DNA from: a virus
Lineage: Duplodnaviria > Caudoviricetes
DNA: 64,000 nucleotides
Reading direction: 5' to 3' (one strand)
IMG/VR virus record: IMGVR_UViG_3300021952_000001
Span: 32,001 to 96,000 of that record
The position numbers and the translations under genes were made by a program. The notes under the pieces were generated by a model that did no database searches, was not told the origin of the DNA, and saw only the letters and a list, made by a program, of their open reading frames with translations. Each line of letters starts with the position of its first letter. Position 1 is the stretch's first letter. Shown piece after piece: positions 25,487 to 35,686 of this stretch.

Positions 25487-25711
25487 ATGAGTTGTACCAA
25501 TTGCTTTAATGGTTGTGCTGAAACAACTTCAGATCAATGTGTAAAATATACAGGAATAGACATTCCTGAATTAGGTATTGTCAAAGGTGACCCTTTAGCT
25601 GCTGTGTTGCAAAGTATCAATGATGCCATTATAGCGCTACAGATAGCTATTACAACAACAACTACTACCACTGTGGCACCAACTACCACAACAACTACTA
25701 CTAGTGCTTAA
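25487..25711 (+). CDS. short fibre-like protein (CVKYTG N-domain plus poly-Thr tail)
   Basis: N-domain resembles that of 59767-61611. Confidence 0.65.
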   Translation: MSCTNCFNGCAETTSDQCVKYTGIDIPELGIVKGDPLAAVLQSINDAIIALQIAITTTTTTTVAPTTTTTTTSA

Positions 25712-25722
25712 AACCAAAGAAT

Positions 25723-26307
25723 ATGACAGTATTAATAACATTAACAACGGCAGGAACAGATTCTGGTCCTTTTAGTTTATATTCAAATCTAGATGGATTT
25801 GTTACACCATTTGAAACAGGTGTAAGTAGATTTGCATTAGAAGCTGGATATACATCTACACTTGTTCCAGATTTTACAGCCACTGTAAGAGTTAAATCTA
25901 CAGGAGCATGTACAAACTATACAGATTTGCCTATTACAGGTACAACCACAACTACAAGTAGTAGTACCACTACAAGTACAACTACTATCCCTGCTTATGT
26001 GTTTAGTAATGGTACAATCTTAAGTAAAGCATCTAGTTCAGGAACTGTTACAGAAACTATAACAGGAACATTAACTGTAAACTCAGGACCTGCAGTATTT
26101 CATGCAAGAATAAATGTAAATACTGGTGATTCAGGATATGTTAATTTTACAGTGAGTGGTATTGATGCTAGTATAATTTCTAGATCTGGATCAGGTATTA
26201 GTGATGGTCCAAGTTTCTCTGTACCTGTAGGAGTATATTCTTATTCATTAAGAGTAGATGCAACAAGTGCACCTGTATTTACAGTAGTGACTGGAGAAAT
26301 TGTATAA
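25723..26307 (+). CDS. two-domain beta protein with a poly-Thr linker (decoration/adhesin candidate)
   Basis: GPFSLY...KSTGACT N-domain is shared with the N-terminus of 34820-35686. Confidence 0.65.
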   Translation: MTVLITLTTAGTDSGPFSLYSNLDGFVTPFETGVSRFALEAGYTSTLVPDFTATVRVKSTGACTNYTDLPITGTTTTTSSSTTTSTTTIPAYVFSNGTILSKASSSGTVTETITGTLTVNSGPAVFHARINVNTGDSGYVNFTVSGIDASIISRSGSGISDGPSFSVPVGVYSYSLRVDATSAPVFTVVTGEIV

Positions 26308-26349
26308 TATATTTCAGTAGGTTTGTTGGTTTTCTTACTGAACATAATT

Positions 26350-26381
26350 CCTCAGTGTAATATTTTACACTGGGGTTTTTT
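26350..26381 (+). terminator. intrinsic terminator
   Basis: CCTCAGTGTAA-TATT-TTACACTGGGG followed by TTTTTT. Confidence 0.8.
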
Positions 26382-26383
26382 GT

Positions 26384-26463
26384 TTTATAACTATTTTAGT
26401 TATAAATAATAACCTGTCTAATTAAAAATATTTGGAAAGTATAAAAACTATTCTTTATCTTTA
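26384..26463 (+). promoter_or_regulatory. palindromic operator-like site plus Bacteroidota-type promoter
   Basis: TTTATAACTA-TTT-TAGTTATAAA (26384-26406), then TTTG-N21-TATCTTTA. Confidence 0.6.
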
Positions 26464-26492
26464 CCATATTTTTTAACTAAATAGCACTCTAT

Positions 26493-27710
26493 ATGTCTGA
26501 AAACCAAGCATTGTTAAATCAATTAGAAGACCTGCTTCGATTAAAAAGATCTAAAAAATTCTACGCTGAAAGACTTGGAATTACAGAATCTGAAGTAAAT
26601 GATTTGTTAAAAGAATTGAAAGAACAGAATAACGAACCTCTACCAGAAGTTTATAATGCTGTTACAAAGAAAGTTAATATTGACAAAGGTACATTAGAAA
26701 GTACAATTGTTTCTGACTTTGATCCAAAGGATGATATTGAACTAGCCAAATTACATAAAATAGATCTTGACAAGTATGTTATTACAAACTACTGGTCTAA
26801 GATGTTACCAAGTGGGAAGTTTACTTCCTCAGTCTTCTCAAAAAGAAAACAAGCAGAAGATTATTCTCCCGAAGACTTTATCAAGTTTTTAGAAAACTAC
26901 ACACCTAGACCTCAATCAATATTTGCTGTTGATGTTGATAGTAGTAAAGAACATGTGAATGTTGAAATATCATTATCAGATTATCACTTAGCCAAAAGAC
27001 ATATTGATGGAGATAACAGTCCTGCTGAAAGAGCTAGACGTTATTTTAATGTTGCTGAGTCATTAATTAGAAAAGTGAGATCAATATATAACATAGACAC
27101 AATTGTGTTCCCTATATCGAATGATTTCTTTCACACTGATAACTATCAACATCAAACTACAAATGGTACACCACAGGACACTATAATGGATTATAGTTCT
27201 GAGTATGAATTAGGATTTGATATTCTAGTTAGCACTATTAACATGTTGAAAAACAATTGTAGTAATGTAGAAGTTATATTAGTTCAAGGTAATCATGATA
27301 GAACTAAATCATTTTATCTTGCACATGCATTAGATGTGTTCTTCAAGAATAATTATGATGTAAGATTTAAAAGAGAACATAGTGTTGTAAAAGGAATAAC
27401 ATTAGGTAATACATTTATTGGTTGGCACCATGGCAACTGTAAAATAGAAGATCTTCCTTTATTATTTGCTACACATCCAGATTATAGTAAAGAATTTGGT
27501 AATGCAACATTTAGAGAAGTTCATACAGGTGATAAACATCACTACATGGCTAAAGAAATTAAGGGAGTAAGAATACAACAAATGCCTAGTTTATCAGGAA
27601 CTGATAGATGGCATCTAGATAGTAATTATGTACATTCAGTACGAGCAGCCCTGGCTTTAGTTTATGATTATAAACATGGAAAGGTTTGCGAGTTTGAAGA
27701 AAGAATTTAA
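26493..27710 (+). CDS. N-terminal HTH plus calcineurin-like metallophosphoesterase
   Basis: YAERLGITESEV HTH; SDYHL, NDFFH, GNHD, HHG and GDKHH phosphoesterase motifs. Confidence 0.8.
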   Translation: MSENQALLNQLEDLLRLKRSKKFYAERLGITESEVNDLLKELKEQNNEPLPEVYNAVTKKVNIDKGTLESTIVSDFDPKDDIELAKLHKIDLDKYVITNYWSKMLPSGKFTSSVFSKRKQAEDYSPEDFIKFLENYTPRPQSIFAVDVDSSKEHVNVEISLSDYHLAKRHIDGDNSPAERARRYFNVAESLIRKVRSIYNIDTIVFPISNDFFHTDNYQHQTTNGTPQDTIMDYSSEYELGFDILVSTINMLKNNCSNVEVILVQGNHDRTKSFYLAHALDVFFKNNYDVRFKREHSVVKGITLGNTFIGWHHGNCKIEDLPLLFATHPDYSKEFGNATFREVHTGDKHHYMAKEIKGVRIQQMPSLSGTDRWHLDSNYVHSVRAALALVYDYKHGKVCEFEERI

Positions 27711-27712
27711 AA

Positions 27713-28441
27713 ATGGCAACACTAAGAAAATTAGTATCGGATGTACGTTCAGTACATAAAATTTTATCCACTGACAGTTTGATAACTGACAGAGCTATTG
27801 CATCTGAAATTAGAAACAACTCTCTATTGTTAATCAAACGAGAAACTAATTTAAGAAAGCTCTGGGCAACTGATACTTTATTTACTACTATTCCATGTTT
27901 AGAGATGATAGAAGTACCAATCTCTGAATGCTGTGATTATGTAGATCCTTGCAGTATAGCAAGAACAAAATATAAACTCCCACGTATCTCTGAAGGAAAC
28001 TATCAGTATGTTATACAGGGAGTTTACTCTATTAATGCAATGAGTGGTCAAGGAAAGAAATTGAAAGAGATTTCAGTTAATAGATATTTGAATCTATTAA
28101 AACTTCCTATTATTAAGAAAGAAGATTATTTCTGGATTTCTAATGGTTATTTGTATGTCACTAACCCATTGTTACAAGCTATACGATTTGTAGCATTCTT
28201 TGAAGAAGATGTTGATAATAACATCATGTATCCAGAATGTGGATGTGGAAGTGCACAATACACTACAGAACAAATCTGTCAGAATCCATTAGATAAAGAG
28301 TTTCCTCTTCCAGGATACTTAGAACAACAGGTTCTTGAATTAACATCTAAGAAGTTATTATCTACTTATTTTAATCTTAAAACAGATGTAAGTCAAGATA
28401 ATGTAGATGGCCAAGCACCAAATGCAAAACCAAATAATTAA
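27713..28441 (+). CDS. putative tail ring protein
   Basis: crAss-like synteny; TLRKLVSDV...FEE...EFPLPGYL pattern. Confidence 0.55.
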   Translation: MATLRKLVSDVRSVHKILSTDSLITDRAIASEIRNNSLLLIKRETNLRKLWATDTLFTTIPCLEMIEVPISECCDYVDPCSIARTKYKLPRISEGNYQYVIQGVYSINAMSGQGKKLKEISVNRYLNLLKLPIIKKEDYFWISNGYLYVTNPLLQAIRFVAFFEEDVDNNIMYPECGCGSAQYTTEQICQNPLDKEFPLPGYLEQQVLELTSKKLLSTYFNLKTDVSQDNVDGQAPNAKPNN

Positions 28442-28917
28442 TGAGAACAAAGATTGATTGGAGAAGTGCCAGTAAAGAAAACTATAATGACTTCTGTAAA
28501 AAGCATCCAACTATAAAGATTACATTTGATAACTGGAGAAACATTCTCTACACTTACAATGAATCATTTAAAGAGTATGTTTTAGAAACAGGAGAGAAAG
28601 CTAAGCTTCCTTATGGTTTTGGTGAGTTTTCAATCAATAAAAAGAAAAGAAGAAGATTAAAAGGAATAGATGGTAAGGAGTTTGTTAATCTTCCTATAGA
28701 TTGGCAAAAGACAAAAGAAAAAGGTAAAGTGATTTACAATTTCAATTATCATACAGAAGGTTATTTCTTTGGATGGATGTGGTTTAAAACTACAGCTAGA
28801 TTTAAAAACTCTGATCTTTGGTATTTTAAACCATCAAGACTTACATCCAGATTACTATCGCACTATCTTAAAACCAGCGACAAGTACCAACACATTTACA
28901 AAGAATGGAAACGCTAA
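28441..28917 (+). CDS. IHF-like DNA-binding protein (crAss tail-module type)
   Basis: KLPYGFGEFSINKKK HU/IHF-like motif followed by IDWQKT...NYHTEGY. Confidence 0.7.
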   Translation: MRTKIDWRSASKENYNDFCKKHPTIKITFDNWRNILYTYNESFKEYVLETGEKAKLPYGFGEFSINKKKRRRLKGIDGKEFVNLPIDWQKTKEKGKVIYNFNYHTEGYFFGWMWFKTTARFKNSDLWYFKPSRLTSRLLSHYLKTSDKYQHIYKEWKR

Positions 28918-28920
28918 ACT

Positions 28921-29907
28921 ATGAGCTACTACTATAAATATGATTTCGTATCACCAGAACCTGTCTATGCCACTGTAAAAGAGGAATTAAAATCCTATTT
29001 TGATACAGGAGCAGTAGATGATCTTTTATTCCCTACTTACTTGGACAAATGTCTTAAGAAGCTAGGTAGAACTACTTATGTAATTGCGGAAGAAACTCTT
29101 TATATAGAAGACTTCCAAGCAAGACTTCCAGATAACTTTTATGCTGTAAGAGAAGCTTGGATGTGTACAGAGATTCCTCAGTACCCATATCAGTCTGCTA
29201 ACTCATTCTATTCACAAGCAGCTAGTGCTACAACTATTCAAGTTAGTCCTATTGTTTATGGTGGAAATCCATGTGATAATCCATGTTCTAATCCTGAATG
29301 TCAACAATGTGATTGTAATGGTGCATGTATGCCTTTATTAGCTCAAGCTGTATACAAAACAAATACACAGACATCTAGATCATTTAGACTTGAGTATTTA
29401 CTTAAACCAGGTAATATTTCTGCTAAACAACATTGTGGTGTAGAATATACAAATAACTGGGAGTTCTATCAAGATGCTCCTCCTGTACATGAGTTTACTC
29501 CAGGATCTGCAAGTTATGATTCATTTGATGTTAGAGATAATAAACTTGTAACTAATTTCAGAAATGGAATTGTACATTTAGTATTCTATGCTACAGAATA
29601 CGATCAAATAGGAAATCAAATGATTCCTGATAACTATCGTATTAGAGAGTATGTAGAAGCATTCATTAAATACAAAGTATTTGAAATGTTAACTAACCAA
29701 ACTGTTGATGAAACATTCAATCAGTTACAACAAAAGTTAGTTTACCATAAACAGCTATATGAAGAAGCATTCATCATGGCTAGTATTGAAATCAAGAAAC
29801 AAACTGCATGGGAAAAACAAAGACGAGTTAAAAATGACTTGAATAGGTTTAACATGTACGAACTACCAAATAGAACTAATAGATACGGTAGAAGAAGAAA
29901 TAATTAA
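28921..29907 (+). CDS. tail tubular/ring protein (P22 gp4-like)
   Basis: LPDNFY and D..G..MIPD motifs; lies immediately before the stabilization protein, as in crAss-like phages. Confidence 0.6.
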   Translation: MSYYYKYDFVSPEPVYATVKEELKSYFDTGAVDDLLFPTYLDKCLKKLGRTTYVIAEETLYIEDFQARLPDNFYAVREAWMCTEIPQYPYQSANSFYSQAASATTIQVSPIVYGGNPCDNPCSNPECQQCDCNGACMPLLAQAVYKTNTQTSRSFRLEYLLKPGNISAKQHCGVEYTNNWEFYQDAPPVHEFTPGSASYDSFDVRDNKLVTNFRNGIVHLVFYATEYDQIGNQMIPDNYRIREYVEAFIKYKVFEMLTNQTVDETFNQLQQKLVYHKQLYEEAFIMASIEIKKQTAWEKQRRVKNDLNRFNMYELPNRTNRYGRRRNN

Positions 29908-29914
29908 TTAAGTT

Positions 29915-32900
29915 ATGGCAAATAACACAGAAGATACAACTCCTCAAGGAAACATCAGACAAGAGTATAAGAATGCCACTGTAGGTTTAAACTTGGACCA
30001 AACTGTTAATCAGATTAAACCAGGTACACTTACATATGCATTAAATGCTGCTGTTGAAAACTTTGATGCTAACTCAATTAATTACCAAAATGAACAAGGT
30101 AATGAGTTTTGTTTGCAGTTTCCTGAGAATCATGTATTAATTGGTACATATTTTATTAGTGAACAAAACAAACATATTTTCTTTTTAGTAAATCCTACTG
30201 CTGACAATTATAGTTGTGAGATTGGATTCATGGATAATAATGATTGTATTTATCAAACACTTGTATCTGCTACTTGTTTAAACTTTCAAGTTGATCATCC
30301 TATACATAAAGTTGTACATAGAATTACAAATTGTACAACAGAGATATATTGGACAGATGGGTTTAATCCTAGAAGATATTTAGATATAAATAATATTCCT
30401 TATAAGTTAGCTTCAGGAAGTCCTTTATGTAATCCTATATATTCAAATGAATTAGATTGCAATCAATTAAAGATGCAACCTAATTTTGATATTCCTCAAT
30501 TAGAAGTAGATAAAATTACTACTGGAGGAAGTGTTACTGCTGGTACATATCAGTTTGCTGCACAGTATTCTGATGCATCTGGTAATGGATATACATCATT
30601 TTACTCTGTTACAAATCCAACACCTGTTGCTGACATACATATTACATCTCAAGATTTTAATTATCCTGTAGGTAAATCTATTGTTGTTAATGTTTCACAT
30701 TTAGATTTAACAGGACAATTTCAATATTTTAATCTTGCTGTAATTAAAACAGTAAATGCAATTACATCAGTAGAGCTAATTGGTACATATTTTATTGATG
30801 GTGAAAATAGAAAGATTACTTATACAGGGCAGATTGTAGATAACATTCGTTTGTCTATTAATGATATCTTTGAAAAGTTTCCATACTATGATGTTGCTGA
30901 AGACTTAACTGCTGTACAAGATATTCTTGTATGGGATGGTCTTAAGTCTAATGAAAGAGTCAGTTATCAAAAGATAGCTAATCAAGTTTCTTTATTATGG
31001 GAAACATATAAAATTCCTAACACTGAAAATTATGCAAATGAATTAAATGCTACAAACTTACGTGGATATCTACGTGATGAAGTGTATGCATTTGAAATTG
31101 TATTTCTTTTAAATAATGGAATGCAAACAGATGGATTCCATATTCCTGGTAGAGTATCTACTCCATCAGATAATGATCCTATTTATGTAACTGATCCAGA
31201 TTTTATTGGAGAACCTATCACTGGACATAATTATAATTATCGTTGGACAGTATATAACACTGCTACAGTAATTGGAACTGCTACAGGAGAAAAGATAGGA
31301 AATGCCACTCCATATCAATATGGTAACTTTGCTTATTGGCAATCAGAAGAAAAATACCCTTGTGATGAGAATATATGGGGAGATCTTGCAGATCAACCTA
31401 TTAGACATCATAAGTTTCCAGATGTATTAGTATCACCTATATATGAATCAAAAACATTTACAGGAAAAGATACAATGGAGATGGGTAATGATGCTGTCTA
31501 TCCTATTGGTGTTAAGATAAATACAGAACAAATTAAATCATTAATAGATTCTTCAAATCTTACACAAGATCAAAAAGATAGTATTGTAGGATTTAAAATT
31601 GTACGTGGTGATAGATCTACAAATAAATCTATTATTGCAAAAGGTATTCTTAGAAACGTAGGAAAGTATACAAGAGAAAATCAAGACTATTACTATCCTA
31701 ACTATCCATATAATGATCTTAGTGCAGATCCTTTCTTAAATACAACTAATAATGCTTGGACACAGTTGTGTACAGCATTTGAAATAAATGTTTTAAAATT
31801 TAATCTTCCTGAAGATAATCCTACATATTTAGAAGTTAAGTATACAGATTGTAATACTAATAAAACTGCTTCTATAAAATATGATACATTAGGTTTGAAA
31901 TCATTATGTTCTATAGGTGTTCCTGTTATACAAGGAATTGGTCCTAAGAATAAAATGGATATGGTAAATGGTGGATTATATGTTCCTGCTCCAGATTGTA
32001 TTGGTACAGTTGGTTATGCAGAATATGATGTTTATTACATTGCTACATCAGGATCACATGCAGGATGGAAAGCACAGTGGAATGATCCTATCTTAGGAGT
32101 TACAGAAGTGTGGCTTCCTGGAGGATTATTTGGTGGACGTACATATGTTATTCATACAAGAGTAGGTACTGTTCCTCAAAACATAGATGGTAGTTCTTAT
32201 TATGTAATTGATAAAACTGGTGAGGTTAGAACTACAGCATGTAAAGCTACATATCCTCAACCAGCATTAATTACAGGAGATACATTAGGTAATAGACAAA
32301 TATTCAATTCACCTGAAACATCTTTTGGTCAACCGTTCTTAGGAAACATTCTTAAATTAGAAAATGTAATGTTTGGTCAAGGTGTTGCACACTTTGTTGA
32401 AGTGAAAGGTAATGCTAAATATAAGTTACTTACTAAAGAAGCTCAAATTGATGCACTAGATGCATCCAAAGCATTAGGAGCTGTTACTTCTACATTTAAT
32501 GCATCTGCAATGTTTGCTGCATATCAATCATATCTTACTATTTACATAAATGGTATTACAAGAAAGAACTATGCATATTCATTCAACTCTATAGCTGATT
32601 ATAATTATAGTGTAGGTATTCCTAATGATACAGGAGTTAAACAAAGAGTTTTAGAAAACTCTGCTAAATATTTAATTCCAGGTGTACAATCAACAGGATC
32701 TGGAACTAAAGATTTTCCAATTAATAATTATCAAAGAGAATCATCTGTATATTTAAAAACTACTGAAGATAAATCTACATTACCTTTTCCAAGTGATAGT
32801 CCATATATGGTATCTGGAGGAACTTCTATATTAACAGAACGTTCTAGATTTACAATATCAGATATAGGTAATTGTTCTACTCCGGCTAAAGAAGAAAAGA

Positions 32901-34810
32901 TACAAGTAGTATCTTACTATGCTTCATTGAAAAATACATTTGTTAATCAATGGGGACAGATCTATTCATATAAAACAATTGATACAGGATTTCAAAGAAT
33001 GTTCAATGTAACAACTCCTTTACCTAATGTGGTATTTGGTGGAGATACATTTATTAGTAGATTTGCATTCAAAACAAAACTACCATTCTTTATTGATAAT
33101 AGAGTTAATGCTCCTGATGATTCAGATATATTCTATGATGAGATTGGTAACATAGCCTATCCTAAATTTTGGCATTCTGCTAGATCTATTTTACAAGATT
33201 ATAGTGGTGATACAGGAGGTGCATTACCTGCAACATTATCAAACATCATTTCATATAAAGCTCATAATTTTGATTGTCCTAATAGTCAAGAACCTGGACC
33301 AACATCAACTCCTCCTGTTCCTGCACAAGACAATCCTAATAGAACATTTTATGATGGATATTTCTATTTGTTTGCATATGGTATTCCTAACTTCTATTGT
33401 GAGAGTTCTTACAATACAGATCTTAGACAAGCATTTAATAATAGAGAAGGAGACTTCTGGCCACATGTAAGTAATAATATTCCTGATAACTGGGTACAAG
33501 AAAACTTTGTATCTATTAATCAAGATAATACTTACTATTATAATACAACATATTCAAAACAAAATAAAGAGGATAACTTTTCACATCTTCCTCCAGACTT
33601 TGATCCAACTAAAGCATGTTTTACAAATTATCCATTTAGAGCTATTTACTCAGATCTTCAATCAACAGATGCTGATAATAGAGTGAATAACTGGTTAATC
33701 TATAGAGCAACATCATATTTTGATTTTCCTCAAAATTATGGCCAACTTGTATCATTAGATGGTATTCAAAATAAAGCTGTATTAGCTAGATTTGAAAACA
33801 AGTCATTAATGTATAATAACTTGCTTACAGTGGATACAAGTAATCCACAAGCAGCTTATTTAGGTAACCCTAATTTATTTAGAGGAGCACCTCCTATTGA
33901 CTTTGCAGAAACAGATCTTGGGTATGTAGGAAGTCAGAACAAGTTCTTCTTAAAGATTCCTAATGGGCAAATAACTATTGATGCTAAAAGAGGACAAGTA
34001 TTCTTAATAGAAGGTACACAAGTTCAAGACTTGTCTGCTTTTGGATTAGGAATGAATAGATTCTTTACGGATCACTTAGCATTTGAAATACTAAGATATT
34101 ACCCAGAAGTAGATACTGATAATCATTTTAATGGTGTAGGACTTCATGGTGTATATGATAGTAAGTTTGATAGAGTAATAATTACTAAACTTGATTATAT
34201 TCCTTTATATGCTAACATTTTTTATGATGCTGCATTAAAAGAATATTATATAGAAGAAGATAATATTAGAACACAAGTATTTCTTACAGATCCTGATTAT
34301 TTCTGTAATAAGTCTTGGACAGTATCATTTAACTTTACAACTAAGAGTTGGATATCATTCCATAGTTATATTCCTAATTTCTATATAGGAGAAAACAATT
34401 TCTTCTATTCAGGAATTAATGGATGTTGTGATGAGTTTGATTTTGTTGCAGGACCTTTAGTACCTGGACCAACAACTACAACCACTACAACACATGTATT
34501 AAATTGTACTATTGCAGGAACTGCTCGTGTACCTAATTGTAATTTAGATGGAACAGCTATTGAAATAGTTCCAACCACTACAACTACAACATCTAGTAGT
34601 ACAACTACTACCACAACTACAGTTTATTTTAACTGTGCATCTGTTACAGCAGTTACCACTGCAATGTCGCAAAATGTTACATATTTAGATTGTGATAGTG
34701 TGGAACAATCAGTAGATTTTAGTAATACTAGTGTAGACTTCTGTGCAACAGAAATTATAAGTCATACATCAGAAGTAGAAATAACAGTTAATGGACCTTG
34801 TCTACTATAA
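29915..34810 (+). CDS. tail stabilization/muzzle protein (P22 gp10-like), N-terminal part
   Basis: YWTDGFNPRRY, GYLRDEVYAF, IRHHKFP, FGGDTFI, GYVGSQ and SWISFHSY motifs; ends in a Thr/Cys extension. Confidence 0.8.
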   Translation: MANNTEDTTPQGNIRQEYKNATVGLNLDQTVNQIKPGTLTYALNAAVENFDANSINYQNEQGNEFCLQFPENHVLIGTYFISEQNKHIFFLVNPTADNYSCEIGFMDNNDCIYQTLVSATCLNFQVDHPIHKVVHRITNCTTEIYWTDGFNPRRYLDINNIPYKLASGSPLCNPIYSNELDCNQLKMQPNFDIPQLEVDKITTGGSVTAGTYQFAAQYSDASGNGYTSFYSVTNPTPVADIHITSQDFNYPVGKSIVVNVSHLDLTGQFQYFNLAVIKTVNAITSVELIGTYFIDGENRKITYTGQIVDNIRLSINDIFEKFPYYDVAEDLTAVQDILVWDGLKSNERVSYQKIANQVSLLWETYKIPNTENYANELNATNLRGYLRDEVYAFEIVFLLNNGMQTDGFHIPGRVSTPSDNDPIYVTDPDFIGEPITGHNYNYRWTVYNTATVIGTATGEKIGNATPYQYGNFAYWQSEEKYPCDENIWGDLADQPIRHHKFPDVLVSPIYESKTFTGKDTMEMGNDAVYPIGVKINTEQIKSLIDSSNLTQDQKDSIVGFKIVRGDRSTNKSIIAKGILRNVGKYTRENQDYYYPNYPYNDLSADPFLNTTNNAWTQLCTAFEINVLKFNLPEDNPTYLEVKYTDCNTNKTASIKYDTLGLKSLCSIGVPVIQGIGPKNKMDMVNGGLYVPAPDCIGTVGYAEYDVYYIATSGSHAGWKAQWNDPILGVTEVWLPGGLFGGRTYVIHTRVGTVPQNIDGSSYYVIDKTGEVRTTACKATYPQPALITGDTLGNRQIFNSPETSFGQPFLGNILKLENVMFGQGVAHFVEVKGNAKYKLLTKEAQIDALDASKALGAVTSTFNASAMFAAYQSYLTIYINGITRKNYAYSFNSIADYNYSVGIPNDTGVKQRVLENSAKYLIPGVQSTGSGTKDFPINNYQRESSVYLKTTEDKSTLPFPSDSPYMVSGGTSILTERSRFTISDIGNCSTPAKEEKIQVVSYYASLKNTFVNQWGQIYSYKTIDTGFQRMFNVTTPLPNVVFGGDTFISRFAFKTKLPFFIDNRVNAPDDSDIFYDEIGNIAYPKFWHSARSILQDYSGDTGGALPATLSNIISYKAHNFDCPNSQEPGPTSTPPVPAQDNPNRTFYDGYFYLFAYGIPNFYCESSYNTDLRQAFNNREGDFWPHVSNNIPDNWVQENFVSINQDNTYYYNTTYSKQNKEDNFSHLPPDFDPTKACFTNYPFRAIYSDLQSTDADNRVNNWLIYRATSYFDFPQNYGQLVSLDGIQNKAVLARFENKSLMYNNLLTVDTSNPQAAYLGNPNLFRGAPPIDFAETDLGYVGSQNKFFLKIPNGQITIDAKRGQVFLIEGTQVQDLSAFGLGMNRFFTDHLAFEILRYYPEVDTDNHFNGVGLHGVYDSKFDRVIITKLDYIPLYANIFYDAALKEYYIEEDNIRTQVFLTDPDYFCNKSWTVSFNFTTKSWISFHSYIPNFYIGENNFFYSGINGCCDEFDFVAGPLVPGPTTTTTTTHVLNCTIAGTARVPNCNLDGTAIEIVPTTTTTTSSSTTTTTTTVYFNCASVTAVTTAMSQNVTYLDCDSVEQSVDFSNTSVDFCATEIISHTSEVEITVNGPCLL

Positions 34811-34819
34811 ATAAATAAT

Positions 34820-35686
34820 ATGTCACAAACAATAAACATAAAATTGACAAAGGTTGGTCCAGTTGCTGGGCCCTTTGTCATATATGATCAAGTTAATAAT
34901 ATCATCGCTAACAATGTATCTAAACAATCATTGATAAGTGGTGTGACATACGTTGTATCTAATTCTGTTACATCTATAAAAATAAACTCTATTGGTGATT
35001 GTACATTTTCTAAAACACACGTAATAGCTCCAATTGCAGATAACTATTATAACACTCTTGTTGCACAAAGACTTGTTACAGGATGTGTATGGAGACATTT
35101 AACTAATATACAGTTGTATAATTCATTCTATGGAATTACAGCACCGTATATGATTGAGTATCCATTTGCATATCAGTACCAAGATGAAATATTACAAAAC
35201 GTAAAAGATTATTCTAAAGCCTATAAATATCTTCCTATTCCAGATGGTGTATTTAATTATAACACAAAAGTTGAAACAAACGATCATTGGTTTAACAAAG
35301 CTATTTTATACAATGGGCAGCAATCATCAGGATTACTTGAACTTGTTGCAAAGCCTTTACATAATCTAAAAGAATATATGTCTTATCCAAAATTCAATGT
35401 TGATAGTAAAACTATCACTTATACTAAGAGTGATAACTTTTATCAGTATAATACATTTTGGGCATTACAGAAAAGTTCACAAGATGTGTTATTCAACACT
35501 CCTTGTACATCTCTATCATACGATAAAGTTATTAATGAAGACAATATGGACTATGGCACCAGATCATTCAGAAAAGCCCCTCTAAGAGCAAAAGAATTAA
35601 AAGTGAGACATATACTTGATAATACAAATAACATTCATATAGTGTCTCAATTCATATTAACACCTGCACAAATAAGTTATAAATAA
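34820..35686 (+). CDS. probable C-terminal part of the muzzle protein with an added N-terminal beta domain
   Basis: WRH...NSFYG...IEYP, FNKAILYN..QSSGLL and LRAK motifs resemble muzzle C-termini. Confidence 0.6.
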   Translation: MSQTINIKLTKVGPVAGPFVIYDQVNNIIANNVSKQSLISGVTYVVSNSVTSIKINSIGDCTFSKTHVIAPIADNYYNTLVAQRLVTGCVWRHLTNIQLYNSFYGITAPYMIEYPFAYQYQDEILQNVKDYSKAYKYLPIPDGVFNYNTKVETNDHWFNKAILYNGQQSSGLLELVAKPLHNLKEYMSYPKFNVDSKTITYTKSDNFYQYNTFWALQKSSQDVLFNTPCTSLSYDKVINEDNMDYGTRSFRKAPLRAKELKVRHILDNTNNIHIVSQFILTPAQISYK

